A stretch of 52,434 nt of DNA, taken from the IMG/VR virus record IMGVR_UViG_3300036791_000368, positions 1-52,434 of that record; one strand, written 5' to 3'. The DNA comes from a virus (Duplodnaviria; Caudoviricetes). Every line of letters starts with the position of its first letter. Position 1 is the first letter of the stretch. Positions 1 through 7,693 of the stretch are shown one piece after another. A model generated the notes under the pieces. It saw only the letters and a program-made list of their open reading frames with translations. It made no database searches and was not told the origin of the DNA. A program made the position numbers and the translations under genes.

Positions 1-25
1 GAGAATTGAAAAAGCAACAAAGTAG

Positions 26-113
26 CTAAACAAAGTGTGGTTGCTAACCAAAGTGGTTAGCAACCACACTTTTGTTTAGAACTTCTCTCGAAAGAGAAGT
101 TCTAAACAAAAGT
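26..113. repeat. Two overlapping long inverted repeats at the left end
   Basis: Perfect 19-bp arms 32-50/54-72 (loop AAG), extendable to 26-79 with one bulge. Perfect 21-bp arms 68-88/93-113 (loop CGAA). Confidence 0.95.
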
Positions 114-150
114 TCATATTGCGGTCCCCGCTGGTGCGCACCACGCGCAC

Positions 151-293
151 GTGGTGAGCCCCACCTGCCCTAAAGTAGGGCATCTAAAAACCGGGGTGAG
201 TTGGGCCGGACAAGTCCGTCCAAATCACCCCGCCACAACTCACCGGGGTCCGGAAGGTCGGTCGCCCGGCACTCAGGCAGGTCGGTCGCCCGG
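151..293. repeat. GC-rich repeat region
   Basis: AGGTCGGTCGCCCGG occurs at 255-269 and 279-293. 151-183 resembles 1003-1034 (GTGGTGAGCCC..CTGCCC.AAA.T.GGGCA). Confidence 0.8.
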
Positions 294-341
294 ACAAAAA
301 GCTGAGCTAGGGTCCGGACGCCGTGATTTGGGCCGGCGCAA

Positions 342-393
342 AATATGACGCAAGATGACGCTTGATTTGTCCTGAGGTCCTGCGTTATAATAG
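342..393 (+). promoter_or_regulatory. Repeated phage promoter copy 1
   Basis: TTGATT 362-367, 18-bp spacer, TATAAT 386-391. Confidence 0.85.
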
Positions 394-442
394 ATGTATG
401 ATGATAAATATTCATCAGGAAACAAAAAAAGGAGCCAGTAAC

Positions 443-583
443 ATGCACGCAACACGGGAAGCGGAACTCAGTCGGGCACCGTGGTTACGGTACGACACGC
501 CCGTCCCAGAAGAGGTGTACGACACCCTGACGCAGGCCGAACTGTGGGTGGCACGTCACCACGACGCCAGGAAGGAGGCGTAA
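443..583 (+). CDS. Hypothetical early protein (46 aa)
   Basis: AAGGAG RBS, directly after promoter 1, TAATG-coupled to the next gene. Confidence 0.7.
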   Translation: MHATREAELSRAPWLRYDTPVPEEVYDTLTQAELWVARHHDARKEA

Positions 584-759
584 TGAGGGAACACCTAGCA
601 CACGTCTGGATACCGGACGACAAGGATGACCAAGCCGTCAACGTCATATGGGACAACGGACGGTTGGTGATCAGCACACACCGCCTGCCGGGCGAGTTGG
701 ACATCGACATCGTTGACGGTCGGGGTAACACCCACGAGTGCTTCAGGAAGGGGGTGTAA
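583..759 (+). CDS. Hypothetical early protein
   Basis: AGGAGG RBS, TAATG overlap at both ends. Confidence 0.7.
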   Translation: MREHLAHVWIPDDKDDQAVNVIWDNGRLVISTHRLPGELDIDIVDGRGNTHECFRKGV

Positions 760-923
760 TGAATAGCGTCCAGGCCTTTTGGCACTTCCTGTACACATTG
801 CAGCACGCCACTTCGCAGGCAATGGCGGAGGACGGCAGCAGCGTGCGGTACGGCGGCAATGCCTTGCAGGCATTCGTCGTAGCACTGCACGAGCACCTGC
901 AGTTCGTCTGGATCGACAACTAA
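759..923 (+). CDS. Hypothetical early protein
   Basis: TAATG coupling with the upstream gene. Confidence 0.65.
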   Translation: MNSVQAFWHFLYTLQHATSQAMAEDGSSVRYGGNALQAFVVALHEHLQFVWIDN

Positions 924-1139
924 GCCGGAAGGTGAAGGTGAGTAACGTGTAAGCGACCCCGCAGGACACCACATACGCTTCAGGACGCTGATGGGCAACC
1001 ATGTGGTGAGCCCACTCTGCCCAAAATTGGGGCAACTTTCACGCGCGCCGGGCGGATTAGGGGGTCCGGCCAGCTGGAGATAGTGGGCCGGTCAAACCGG
1101 CTGGCAGGACATAATCACCACAGGGTCAGGAAAACCTCT

Positions 1140-1545
1140 AATCCTGACTAAATAGTTCCGTTATTATAAAGGTACAGGATTACCTTAAAGTAGTCACCTA
1201 TTAGGCAAATAAAAAAAACACGACGTAATATAAGAGTCAGGAGTTCCCAAAACTAGGGCCTTACGGTAGTTTTTGGGTACTTGTCGGGGGAAGATTTATA
1301 CATATATTACTGATATAATATAGTCCTAATATATATATATCCTGATATTTAAGCGGAAATCCCGTCACGAGTGACGGCCGGGGATTCCTAACATATTACG
1401 GCATATTATATGTGTTATTACCGTAATATATTACTAATCGTTACATAACATATTACGACATAGGTAATATATGTGACCGTAATATATTACTTATCCTGAC
1501 AGAAGAGAGGGAGATTACCTGACTCTTTACGTAAAAGCCGCAGTC
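1140..1545. other. AT-rich non-coding region with palindromes; candidate replication origin or control region
   Basis: No ORF of 60 aa or more. Palindrome GTAATATATTAC at 1423-1434 and 1479-1490. TAACATATTACG at 1389-1400 and 1446-1457. Hairpin CCGTCAC-GA-GTGACGG near 1362-1377. Confidence 0.5.
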
Positions 1546-1549
1546 TCCT

Positions 1550-1600
1550 AATAGCACCAAATAGGACTCTAGATTTGTCCTATGACAATGCTATATAATA
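1550..1600 (+). promoter_or_regulatory. Repeated phage promoter copy 2
   Basis: AATAGCAC box, TAGATT 1570-1575, 18-bp spacer, TATAAT 1594-1599. Confidence 0.85.
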
Positions 1601-1635
1601 TCATTATACCAAAAAATAAAGGAGCAGGTATAAAC

Positions 1636-1872
1636 ATGTCAGAGGAAGAGACGGAGCAGGACTTCAAAAAGATCCACGTCCACCACTGGAAGACGGACGA
1701 CGTGGAACCAATGGACGAGTTCGATCTCGTCTGGAATGAGGTTTACGACCAGATCGGAGAGGAAGACGAACACTTCGTTCAGTACATCCTCGTGTGGTCC
1801 CGAGACGGAGTCGGAGACCCTAAAGAGTGGTTCGAACTTCGAGTACCGAAGCATCTCCCGACAAGTTCGTAA
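1636..1872 (+). CDS. Acidic hypothetical protein
   Basis: AAGGAG RBS, after promoter 2. Confidence 0.75.
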   Translation: MSEEETEQDFKKIHVHHWKTDDVEPMDEFDLVWNEVYDQIGEEDEHFVQYILVWSRDGVGDPKEWFELRVPKHLPTSS

Positions 1873-1888
1873 GAAAGGTAGAAACAAT

Positions 1889-2044
1889 ATGTATTACGGC
1901 ATGGAACAAATAGAGGTGGACAACCGAGACTCGTTGACCACCTGGTTACGTTTCCCGAACGGGATCATCCTCGAGGTCACATTGCAGGATCTTCAGGATC
2001 TCATCCAGAACATGAATGACAACGCCGTCAAGGAAGAAAGGTAG
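1889..2044 (+). CDS. Hypothetical protein
   Basis: GAAAGG RBS, ATG at 1889, fills the gap. Confidence 0.6.
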   Translation: MYYGMEQIEVDNRDSLTTWLRFPNGIILEVTLQDLQDLIQNMNDNAVKEER

Positions 2045-2049
2045 ACCCT

Positions 2050-2415
2050 GTGGAGAACAACGGCAACCACAACGACGACGCTTCTGAGTACTGGGACCCT
2101 AAGGAATTTGTGCGTGACGACGTCATTACGGACTGGGAGGGGTTTACCAGTCCAGAAGAGATGAGTCAGCACATCGGGTGGATCCGGCGCTTGGTTACCG
2201 ACCACCCGGAATCGCCGGCGGTGTCATTCGTTGCGGATCTGACACTACACTGGGTTCACGAGAACATGGACCAGGCGGATAACAGCCCAACTGAGGCAGA
2301 AACAATAGAGATGTACTACGCGATCCTGAACGTCTTTGATGGCGGAAGTTTCATGAAGTCCGGAATCGATTGGCGGGGCGAGGCACCTTCAAATAGCACC
2401 ATAGAGGACGCTTGA
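2050..2415 (+). CDS. Acidic hypothetical protein
   Basis: ORF with RBS; its stop lies in the -35 hexamer of promoter 3. Confidence 0.75.
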   Translation: MENNGNHNDDASEYWDPKEFVRDDVITDWEGFTSPEEMSQHIGWIRRLVTDHPESPAVSFVADLTLHWVHENMDQADNSPTEAETIEMYYAILNVFDGGSFMKSGIDWRGEAPSNSTIEDA

Positions 2416-2443
2416 TTTGTCCCTAGGGTCTGCTTGATAATAG
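2392..2443 (+). promoter_or_regulatory. Repeated phage promoter copy 3
   Basis: AATAGCAC box, TTGATT 2412-2417, 18-bp spacer, GATAAT 2436-2441. Confidence 0.8.
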
Positions 2444-2481
2444 TAGTATGATCGAGATTTTGAGAAGGGAGGTGAAGAAAT

Positions 2482-2763
2482 ATGACTGACACAGATACGC
2501 TTACCGGATACGGTGTGCACACGCTGGCGAACAAGGCACTCGTCGTTGAGGGCCTGGAGAAGATCCCGCCGCAAATGGTGTACTCGTACATCCGTAACAA
2601 GCTGATCCCGACCGTTTTGGTTGGGACTCAGACTCGCGTGACTCGTGAGGCCGCGGAAACGTGGGTGGCAAAGTTTGTTGCCAACCGCGTTCGGCGCGCC
2701 AATGAGGCACTGGAAGTCGAGGCCCCGGCTGAGACTGACGAGTTGGTGGATGAGGTCGGCTAA
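2482..2763 (+). CDS. Xis/MerR-like winged-HTH DNA-binding protein (paralogue 1)
   Basis: IPPQMVYSYIRNKLIPTV...TRVTREAAETW fits the excisionase-like HTH pattern; GGAGGTGA RBS. Confidence 0.65.
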   Translation: MTDTDTLTGYGVHTLANKALVVEGLEKIPPQMVYSYIRNKLIPTVLVGTQTRVTREAAETWVAKFVANRVRRANEALEVEAPAETDELVDEVG

Positions 2764-2818
2764 GGCACTCATCGTCAGCACAGCGACCGAAGGCGCCACA
2801 AGTGGGACTAAGTTCCCT

Positions 2819-2900
2819 ACCGAAACACAATGTGTTTCGGTGGCTTGTGTAGGTCGGCAGGTTAACTCCTTTTCCTGTCGGCCTACACAAGCTACCGAAA
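2819..2900 (+). promoter_or_regulatory. Overlapping RNA hairpins upstream of an RBS
   Basis: 27-bp stem 2835-2861/2874-2900 whose three non-Watson-Crick pairs are all G-U on the + strand. Competing 11-bp stem at 2819-2841. Confidence 0.7.
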
Positions 2901-2914
2901 GAAAGGAGGTGAGA

Positions 2915-3094
2915 ATGTATAAGTGGACGAAGACGTACGCAGTGAACACGAAGTTCAGTGACCCTGTGGAAATCGGGCAAATCATTGAGGTTGACGCGGC
3001 TTCTGGTAGTTCCAAGCAGAAGGTGCTGTCAGTCACAGTGCGCCGCAACCAAAAGGGTGACGAGTACAAGACAGTCATCGTTGAGGCTGTCTGA
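2915..3094 (+). CDS. Hypothetical protein (59 aa)
   Basis: AAGGAGGTGA RBS, ATG at 2915. Confidence 0.75.
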   Translation: MYKWTKTYAVNTKFSDPVEIGQIIEVDAASGSSKQKVLSVTVRRNQKGDEYKTVIVEAV

Positions 3095-3319
3095 ACAGGA
3101 AAAGGAGAAGAACATTGCTGCACCAATTGCTGCATCAAGCAGTTACGGTGTACCATTTGCCTGTCAAGCACATTACGTGCTGGAAAACAGGTCCAAACAC
3201 GGCAAGTTGCTGGCTCTGGGGCGATCACCATTTCCGGGCGATTTCTGAAGCCACCCGAACACGCAACACCTGGAAAGGCATCTTCAGTTAGCCTTCAACA
3301 ACCAGGAAAGGAGGTGAAC

Positions 3320-3544
3320 ATGAAAATAAAGCCGTGGTGTAGTCATCACTTGACCGCACTCCAGTGTGAGCCGGAAGACACTGATTGCCTGCGCCTAATC
3401 GAGAACGGTTGGTATCAGGTCGACCTCGGCGCTTGGTGGTGTCCACAAAATCAGCAGAACCAGAAAACTGGCGCCGAAGACGAAGCAGGTGAAGAGTTCG
3501 GCGAATGTCGCTGGGCTTGGACGGTCTTGTCCTTGTCGCTCTAG
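3320..3544 (+). CDS. Cys/Trp-containing hypothetical protein
   Basis: AAGGAGGTGA RBS. Confidence 0.7.
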   Translation: MKIKPWCSHHLTALQCEPEDTDCLRLIENGWYQVDLGAWWCPQNQQNQKTGAEDEAGEEFGECRWAWTVLSLSL

Positions 3545-3596
3545 GAAGGTGGAAGAGCTCCGGCTCTTCTCCCTGCCTAAATTGGGTCCTGAGCAA

Positions 3597-3648
3597 AATA
3601 GCACCAAATCGCACTCTTGATTTGTCCTTATGTCCTGCGTTATAATAG
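3597..3648 (+). promoter_or_regulatory. Repeated phage promoter copy 4
   Basis: AATAGCAC then AATCGCAC boxes, TTGATT 3617-3622, TATAAT 3641-3646. Confidence 0.85.
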
Positions 3649-3676
3649 AAGTAAGAGAGAGAAAAGGAGGTGAGAA

Positions 3677-3883
3677 ATGGATGATGAAAAGATGCGGATC
3701 ATTGATGAGATTGTGAACAATCCTGAAGTACAGGAAAAGGTGCACGCACAATTGCGGAAAGAGTTCCAGTGCTCTGACGGCACAATTGATGAGATCCTGG
3801 GATCAATGCCGGAAGGAGATAATGAGCCGGCGCTGTACGCACGGTACTACGAACTGTTGCAGGGCTACTGCGACAACGCCTGA
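3677..3883 (+). CDS. Hypothetical protein
   Basis: AAGGAGGTGA RBS, after promoter 4. Confidence 0.75.
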   Translation: MDDEKMRIIDEIVNNPEVQEKVHAQLRKEFQCSDGTIDEILGSMPEGDNEPALYARYYELLQGYCDNA

Positions 3884-3918
3884 TCAAAATCAGGCAACAA
3901 ACCGGAAGGGAGGTGAAC

Positions 3919-4149
3919 GTGAAACACAAAAACCGGAACGGGATAAAAGTGACTTGTTACTGGTGCAAGAACGACAACCACCAGTCCTGCAGCAATGAGG
4001 ACCCAGACCTCAGTGAGTACGTGTACTGCCATTGTGAGTGCCAACCTCCCTGTGGAGAGCCAAACTGTGACAAGGCCGTTCGCCTAACAAAACGAGCACC
4101 AGGAACCGTAACCAAATGGAAGCACGACGACCCCAGGTGGGAGCGGTAA
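3919..4149 (+). CDS. Cys-rich putative zinc-binding protein
   Basis: CYWC..HQSC..CHCEC..C..C; GGAGGTGA RBS. Confidence 0.7.
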   Translation: MKHKNRNGIKVTCYWCKNDNHQSCSNEDPDLSEYVYCHCECQPPCGEPNCDKAVRLTKRAPGTVTKWKHDDPRWER

Positions 4150-4153
4150 CAAA

Positions 4154-4206
4154 AATAGCACCCAAATCGCACGCTTGATTTGTCCTAAGTACCTCAGTTA
4201 TAATAG
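4154..4206 (+). promoter_or_regulatory. Repeated phage promoter copy 5
   Basis: AATAGCAC and AATCGCAC boxes, TTGATT 4175-4180, TATAAT 4199-4204. Confidence 0.85.
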
Positions 4207-4237
4207 AGGTAGAGAGAGCAAGAGAAAAGGAGCAAAA

Positions 4238-4780
4238 ATGGACAGAGACGAACGGCTAGCAAAGATTGCAGCAATCGTCTGCCCGGTCTGCAACGCACGG
4301 CCCAATGAACCGTGCGACGATGGGGTGGAAGGCATTGAGCCGTATTTCCATCTTGGCCGAGGACGTGTTGCCGACGCTTTGTACGGCGAAGATAGCGGAA
4401 AAGTCAGCAACTCGGAGATGGACGGTATGAGAATGCCGATCAGCATCTTTGGCCCACCAGATACCGAGGGCAAGGTAGTAACAATTCCAGTTCAGTGGTT
4501 GATCGATTTGGTCAACGTCAAGGATTTGTCCCGGGGTACGTTAGGAATGGTACTTGATTCCGAGTCCGTAGTGGAACTCATGGATCGTACACCGTTCAAC
4601 GTCGGTGGATTCTTCAGGATGACAGAGGACGGAGACATCGAACGATTGGAAGGATCAGAACTAGAAGCGCCCGATTTCATGATGTTGGGCGACGCAGTCC
4701 GTAACGGTATGGAAGAGCTTCAGGAGATAGAACGCAAGTGGAGCGAGACGGAAGACCAAGCGTTCGGAAGGGGGGAGTAA
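4238..4780 (+). CDS. Protein with N-terminal C3H zinc finger
   Basis: CPVCNARPNEPC...FHLGR; AAGGAG RBS. Confidence 0.75.
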   Translation: MDRDERLAKIAAIVCPVCNARPNEPCDDGVEGIEPYFHLGRGRVADALYGEDSGKVSNSEMDGMRMPISIFGPPDTEGKVVTIPVQWLIDLVNVKDLSRGTLGMVLDSESVVELMDRTPFNVGGFFRMTEDGDIERLEGSELEAPDFMMLGDAVRNGMEELQEIERKWSETEDQAFGRGE

Positions 4781-5028
4781 TGAACGACAAGGAAGCGCTT
4801 GAAGAAGCGTACAATGAACGAGAGCGGCAGTACAGGAAAATAGCCCGCTCAAGGTTCTGCGGGAAGTGCGGAGCGGAAGTAGGAGCACCATGTGTTTCCG
4901 GAAATGGAAAGAAGCAGGCACGCTTCCATGCCGACCGGATTTCATCGATTCCCAAAGAGATACCGGAGCTAATGCGGATCAACGCACGAATCGACCGGCT
5001 GCAAGAACGAGTGTACGGGAAGAGGTAG
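4780..5028 (+). CDS. C3H zinc-finger protein related to the upstream gene
   Basis: CGKCGAEVGAPC...FHADR has the same spacing as the finger in 4238-4780. Confidence 0.75.
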   Translation: MNDKEALEEAYNERERQYRKIARSRFCGKCGAEVGAPCVSGNGKKQARFHADRISSIPKEIPELMRINARIDRLQERVYGKR

Positions 5029-5033
5029 GAAAG

Positions 5034-5243
5034 ATGACACGATACCACGTGTTCACAACTACAGAGTTCATTGACGCTGATACCCCAGCGGAAGCGTGTG
5101 GGAAGTTTCTAGAGGTAATCAACAAGTTGCTGATCATCGTTGAGGAACAGACAGAGGTCAGTGAGAAGGCTCCTTACGGATTCATCATTCATGAGTTCCC
5201 CGGTGACCCTGATGACCCAGGTCAAAACAAAAATCGCACCTAA
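5034..5243 (+). CDS. Hypothetical protein
   Basis: GAGGT RBS; its stop lies within promoter 6. Confidence 0.65.
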   Translation: MTRYHVFTTTEFIDADTPAEACGKFLEVINKLLIIVEEQTEVSEKAPYGFIIHEFPGDPDDPGQNKNRT

Positions 5244-5283
5244 TAGCACTCTTGATTTGTCCCTCGGACATGCTATATAATAG
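5232..5283 (+). promoter_or_regulatory. Repeated phage promoter copy 6
   Basis: AATCGCAC and AATAGCAC boxes, TTGATT 5252-5257, TATAAT 5276-5281. Confidence 0.85.
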
Positions 5284-5311
5284 AAGTATGAATGAGGAAA
5301 AAGGAGAGCAA

Positions 5312-5479
5312 ATGAACCCTTGCAGCGAGCCAGACGGTAATGAGTTGGTAGACGATGTGCCAGCTCATGTGCTGATGCTTCGAGAGACAGGGCAATGCCC
5401 TTGGTGCGGTGAGACAGAGTTGAAGTACAACACCAGGATGGACCCAATCAGTCCAGACTTCGACATCAGGAGCTGGTAG
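5312..5479 (+). CDS. Small CPxCG-motif protein
   Basis: AAGGAG RBS; CPWCG. Confidence 0.65.
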   Translation: MNPCSEPDGNELVDDVPAHVLMLRETGQCPWCGETELKYNTRMDPISPDFDIRSW

Positions 5480-5488
5480 GAGGCGAAT

Positions 5489-5701
5489 ATGGAACCTATG
5501 TTTGGCTACGTCATGAAGAAGGGCGCCAAGACGTTACACGTCTGGTGTGATGGCTACGGAGGCAGCGGTGGACGCAAGCCTGTGTCACTGACAGTCTGCG
5601 GGCTATCAATCGAAGGCGGACTTCGCTACAAGACAGCCCCGCCCGAAGCACTTGCGAAGGCGGGCGTCAAGGTGTGCAGGCGCTGTAAGCCTGACCAATA
5701 A
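5489..5701 (+). CDS. Small putative zinc-binding protein
   Basis: H...CG...CRRC; AGGAGG RBS. Confidence 0.7.
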   Translation: MEPMFGYVMKKGAKTLHVWCDGYGGSGGRKPVSLTVCGLSIEGGLRYKTAPPEALAKAGVKVCRRCKPDQ

Positions 5702-5752
5702 ATAGCACCTAAGAGGACGCTTGATTTTCCATTGGGTCTTGCTATATAATAG
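5701..5752 (+). promoter_or_regulatory. Repeated phage promoter copy 7
   Basis: AATAGCAC box, TTGATT 5721-5726, TATAAT 5745-5750. Confidence 0.85.
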
Positions 5753-5786
5753 AAGTATCATCAAACAAGAGAGGAAAGGAAACATC

Positions 5787-6164
5787 ATGTCGGAACAAGA
5801 AATAGTAATTCCCGAGCCTGAGGAGGTGACACCTGAGCAGCTCCAGGAGGAGCTTACCACAGGGTCAAACCTTCGTGGCATCGGCCTTGAGCAGGAGGGA
5901 GACATCGAGCGCATGCAGGAGCAGCTCGAGCACGGTGTCATCAACCCAATCCTGCTCGCGAGGTACATCAGCGTTCGTCCGCAGATGATTTACCAAGCCA
6001 TCCGCGACGGAAAGCTGACCGCAGTTGACTTCAACAACACCCAGAAGAAGTTCATCCGCATCGAGGAGGCGATCAGGTACGCCAGTCGTTACCTCAACAG
6101 GAAGCAGCAGCGCGACCTGGAGAAGCTCCGGGAAGAAGCCATCCTGAAGCAGCAGGCCAGTTAG
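5787..6164 (+). CDS. Xis/MerR-like winged-HTH DNA-binding protein (paralogue 2)
   Basis: INPILLARYISVRPQMIYQAIRDGKL...KFIRIEEA; acidic N-terminus. Confidence 0.7.
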   Translation: MSEQEIVIPEPEEVTPEQLQEELTTGSNLRGIGLEQEGDIERMQEQLEHGVINPILLARYISVRPQMIYQAIRDGKLTAVDFNNTQKKFIRIEEAIRYASRYLNRKQQRDLEKLREEAILKQQAS

Positions 6165-6184
6165 TTGTTCAACCTACTAAAGGT

Positions 6185-6220
6185 ACCAGGACGCCGAGGA
6201 GGAATCTTCGGCGTCCTGGT
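6185..6220 (+). terminator. GC-rich hairpin after the HTH gene
   Basis: ACCAGGACGCCGA...TCGGCGTCCTGGT inverted repeat. Confidence 0.5.
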
Positions 6221-6230
6221 TACTGGCGCG

Positions 6231-6362
6231 ATGTTCTTTTGGTTCGGGTTGTTCAGTCTGGCTGCAGGCTTCATTGGGCAGGCAATCGTTGTCTTCCTCG
6301 TACCATTACTGGTGGTCATACTTGTTGTAGCGAAGCTGATTGGGAAACTTAAGGCCAAATAG
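6231..6362 (+). CDS. Small membrane protein
   Basis: Hydrophobic stretch with a basic C-terminus; start uncertain (ORF open from 6165). Confidence 0.5.
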   Translation: MFFWFGLFSLAAGFIGQAIVVFLVPLLVVILVVAKLIGKLKAK

Positions 6363-6398
6363 GCTCCTTGATTTCCAGTTTTGACTCCGTTATAATAG
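6358..6398 (+). promoter_or_regulatory. Repeated phage promoter copy 8
   Basis: TTGATT 6368-6373, 17-bp spacer, TATAAT 6391-6396. Confidence 0.8.
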
Positions 6399-6472
6399 AT
6401 GTATGCAAGAAAGAAAGGAGGACACCTATGACTCCAGATTGACTTGTCCGTACTCAAACATTGGAGTGACGT

Positions 6473-6880
6473 GTGAACGTCGTTGCCTTGTTGATCATGG
6501 TCATGACAGGCATGACAGGTCATCAATCCCACCCGTTACCGGCACTCCCAACCACTACCACCACAGTAGCACCGACAACGACGTCGACCACGGCAGTTGC
6601 GACAACGACAACAACGTCGCCACCGTCGTCTCCGGTAGAGGTACCTGCATCAGTTATGCAGGCATGGGAGAAAGTTGCCATGTGCGAAGAAGGAGGTAAC
6701 TGGAACGTGAGAGGGTCCAAGTACTCAGGTGGACTCGGGATCTCAAACGTCAACTGGGTAGCATACGGAGGAACACAGTATGCATCTAACGCAGCGGACG
6801 CGACACCAGAAGAACAGGTGACCGTCGCTGAACGGATTCAAACCAGCCCGCCTGATCAGTACGGGTGCGCGAGCTGGTAA
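6473..6880 (+). CDS. rpf: Secreted resuscitation-promoting factor (Rpf)-like transglycosylase
   Basis: Hydrophobic N-terminus, Thr/Pro linker, then WEKVAMCEEGGNW...YSGGLGI...W.AYGG...A..ATPEEQV.VAERI, the Rpf core with the catalytic Glu. Confidence 0.88.
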   Translation: MNVVALLIMVMTGMTGHQSHPLPALPTTTTTVAPTTTSTTAVATTTTTSPPSSPVEVPASVMQAWEKVAMCEEGGNWNVRGSKYSGGLGISNVNWVAYGGTQYASNAADATPEEQVTVAERIQTSPPDQYGCASW

Positions 6881-6882
6881 GA

Positions 6883-6978
6883 ACTAGTCACGATCCACTA
6901 CGGGGTTGTGGTTGTGACTAGCAGTCGGTGTGTAGGGCCTGTGTTACTTATCCCTAGGAGCCAGGCCCTGCACCCGGC
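6883..6978 (+). promoter_or_regulatory. Two hairpins between rpf and the next RBS
   Basis: CTAGTCAC...GTGACTAG and GTGTAGGGCCTG...CAGGCCCTGCAC (G-U compatible), followed by AGGAGGTGA. Confidence 0.55.
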
Positions 6979-6997
6979 ATCGGAGAGGAGGTGAAGA

Positions 6998-7171
6998 ATG
7001 GGTAAATGGTATGAGGACTACAGCAACATCGTGTTACTGGCACGATGGATGGTCGAGCACGGTCGTACAGCACAAAACGTAGCAGACATGGTTGAGAAGC
7101 CTTGGCACTGGTACGCTGAGTACGGAGCAGCTAAGTGGCAAGCACAACAGGAGGCCGCAGCTGCCAGTTGA
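6998..7171 (+). CDS. Hypothetical protein (57 aa, not in ORF track)
   Basis: AGGAGGTGA RBS; MGKWYEDYSNIVLLARWMVEHGRTAQNVADMVEKPWHW... Confidence 0.75.
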   Translation: MGKWYEDYSNIVLLARWMVEHGRTAQNVADMVEKPWHWYAEYGAAKWQAQQEAAAAS

Positions 7172-7400
7172 ACGGTTTGGTAGAGAACCAGACTGGTGTC
7201 AAGTAAGAGGGACCAACAGTTGGCACCTGATTAACGCCAGAAGGCCTACAGTTCGCAGAACATTCATCACGGCTTGCGGAGTGGTAGTACCTGTCTCGGT
7301 GAAGCGGTACGACGTGTATTGGCCTTGGGAGATACCAAGTGCTTGTCGACACTGTAAGAAGGTCCTAGACAACTGGATGGAAGAGAGGATGAGCTCGTGA
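7161..7400 (+). CDS. Putative zinc-binding protein
   Basis: H...TACG...CRHC; start uncertain. Confidence 0.55.
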   Translation: MPVERFGREPDWCQVRGTNSWHLINARRPTVRRTFITACGVVVPVSVKRYDVYWPWEIPSACRHCKKVLDNWMEERMSS

Positions 7401-7693
7401 AGAAGAAGTACAAGAAGTACCTGAAGTGGTTCGCGAAGACCGAACTTGCTGAGATGGACCGTCTAAGTGTAATCGAGTTATTTGACATAGACGATCTCCA
7501 CGACTTCGCACGCGAGAAGGGATACAAGTACAGTCCAGACGACTTACTTTTTCACGGATGGTCGGTACAGAAAGTACTCGACTACGGGTTCACAGAAGAG
7601 GAGCTACTAACATCCTGTCGCTATCCTGAACTAGAAGAAGGACAGCTAGAGCTCCTTGAGCAAATGGTTGAGGGAACGAACGATGCCAACTAA
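7397..7693 (+). CDS. Hypothetical protein
   Basis: GTGA overlap with the upstream gene. Confidence 0.7.
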   Translation: MKKKYKKYLKWFAKTELAEMDRLSVIELFDIDDLHDFAREKGYKYSPDDLLFHGWSVQKVLDYGFTEEELLTSCRYPELEEGQLELLEQMVEGTNDAN

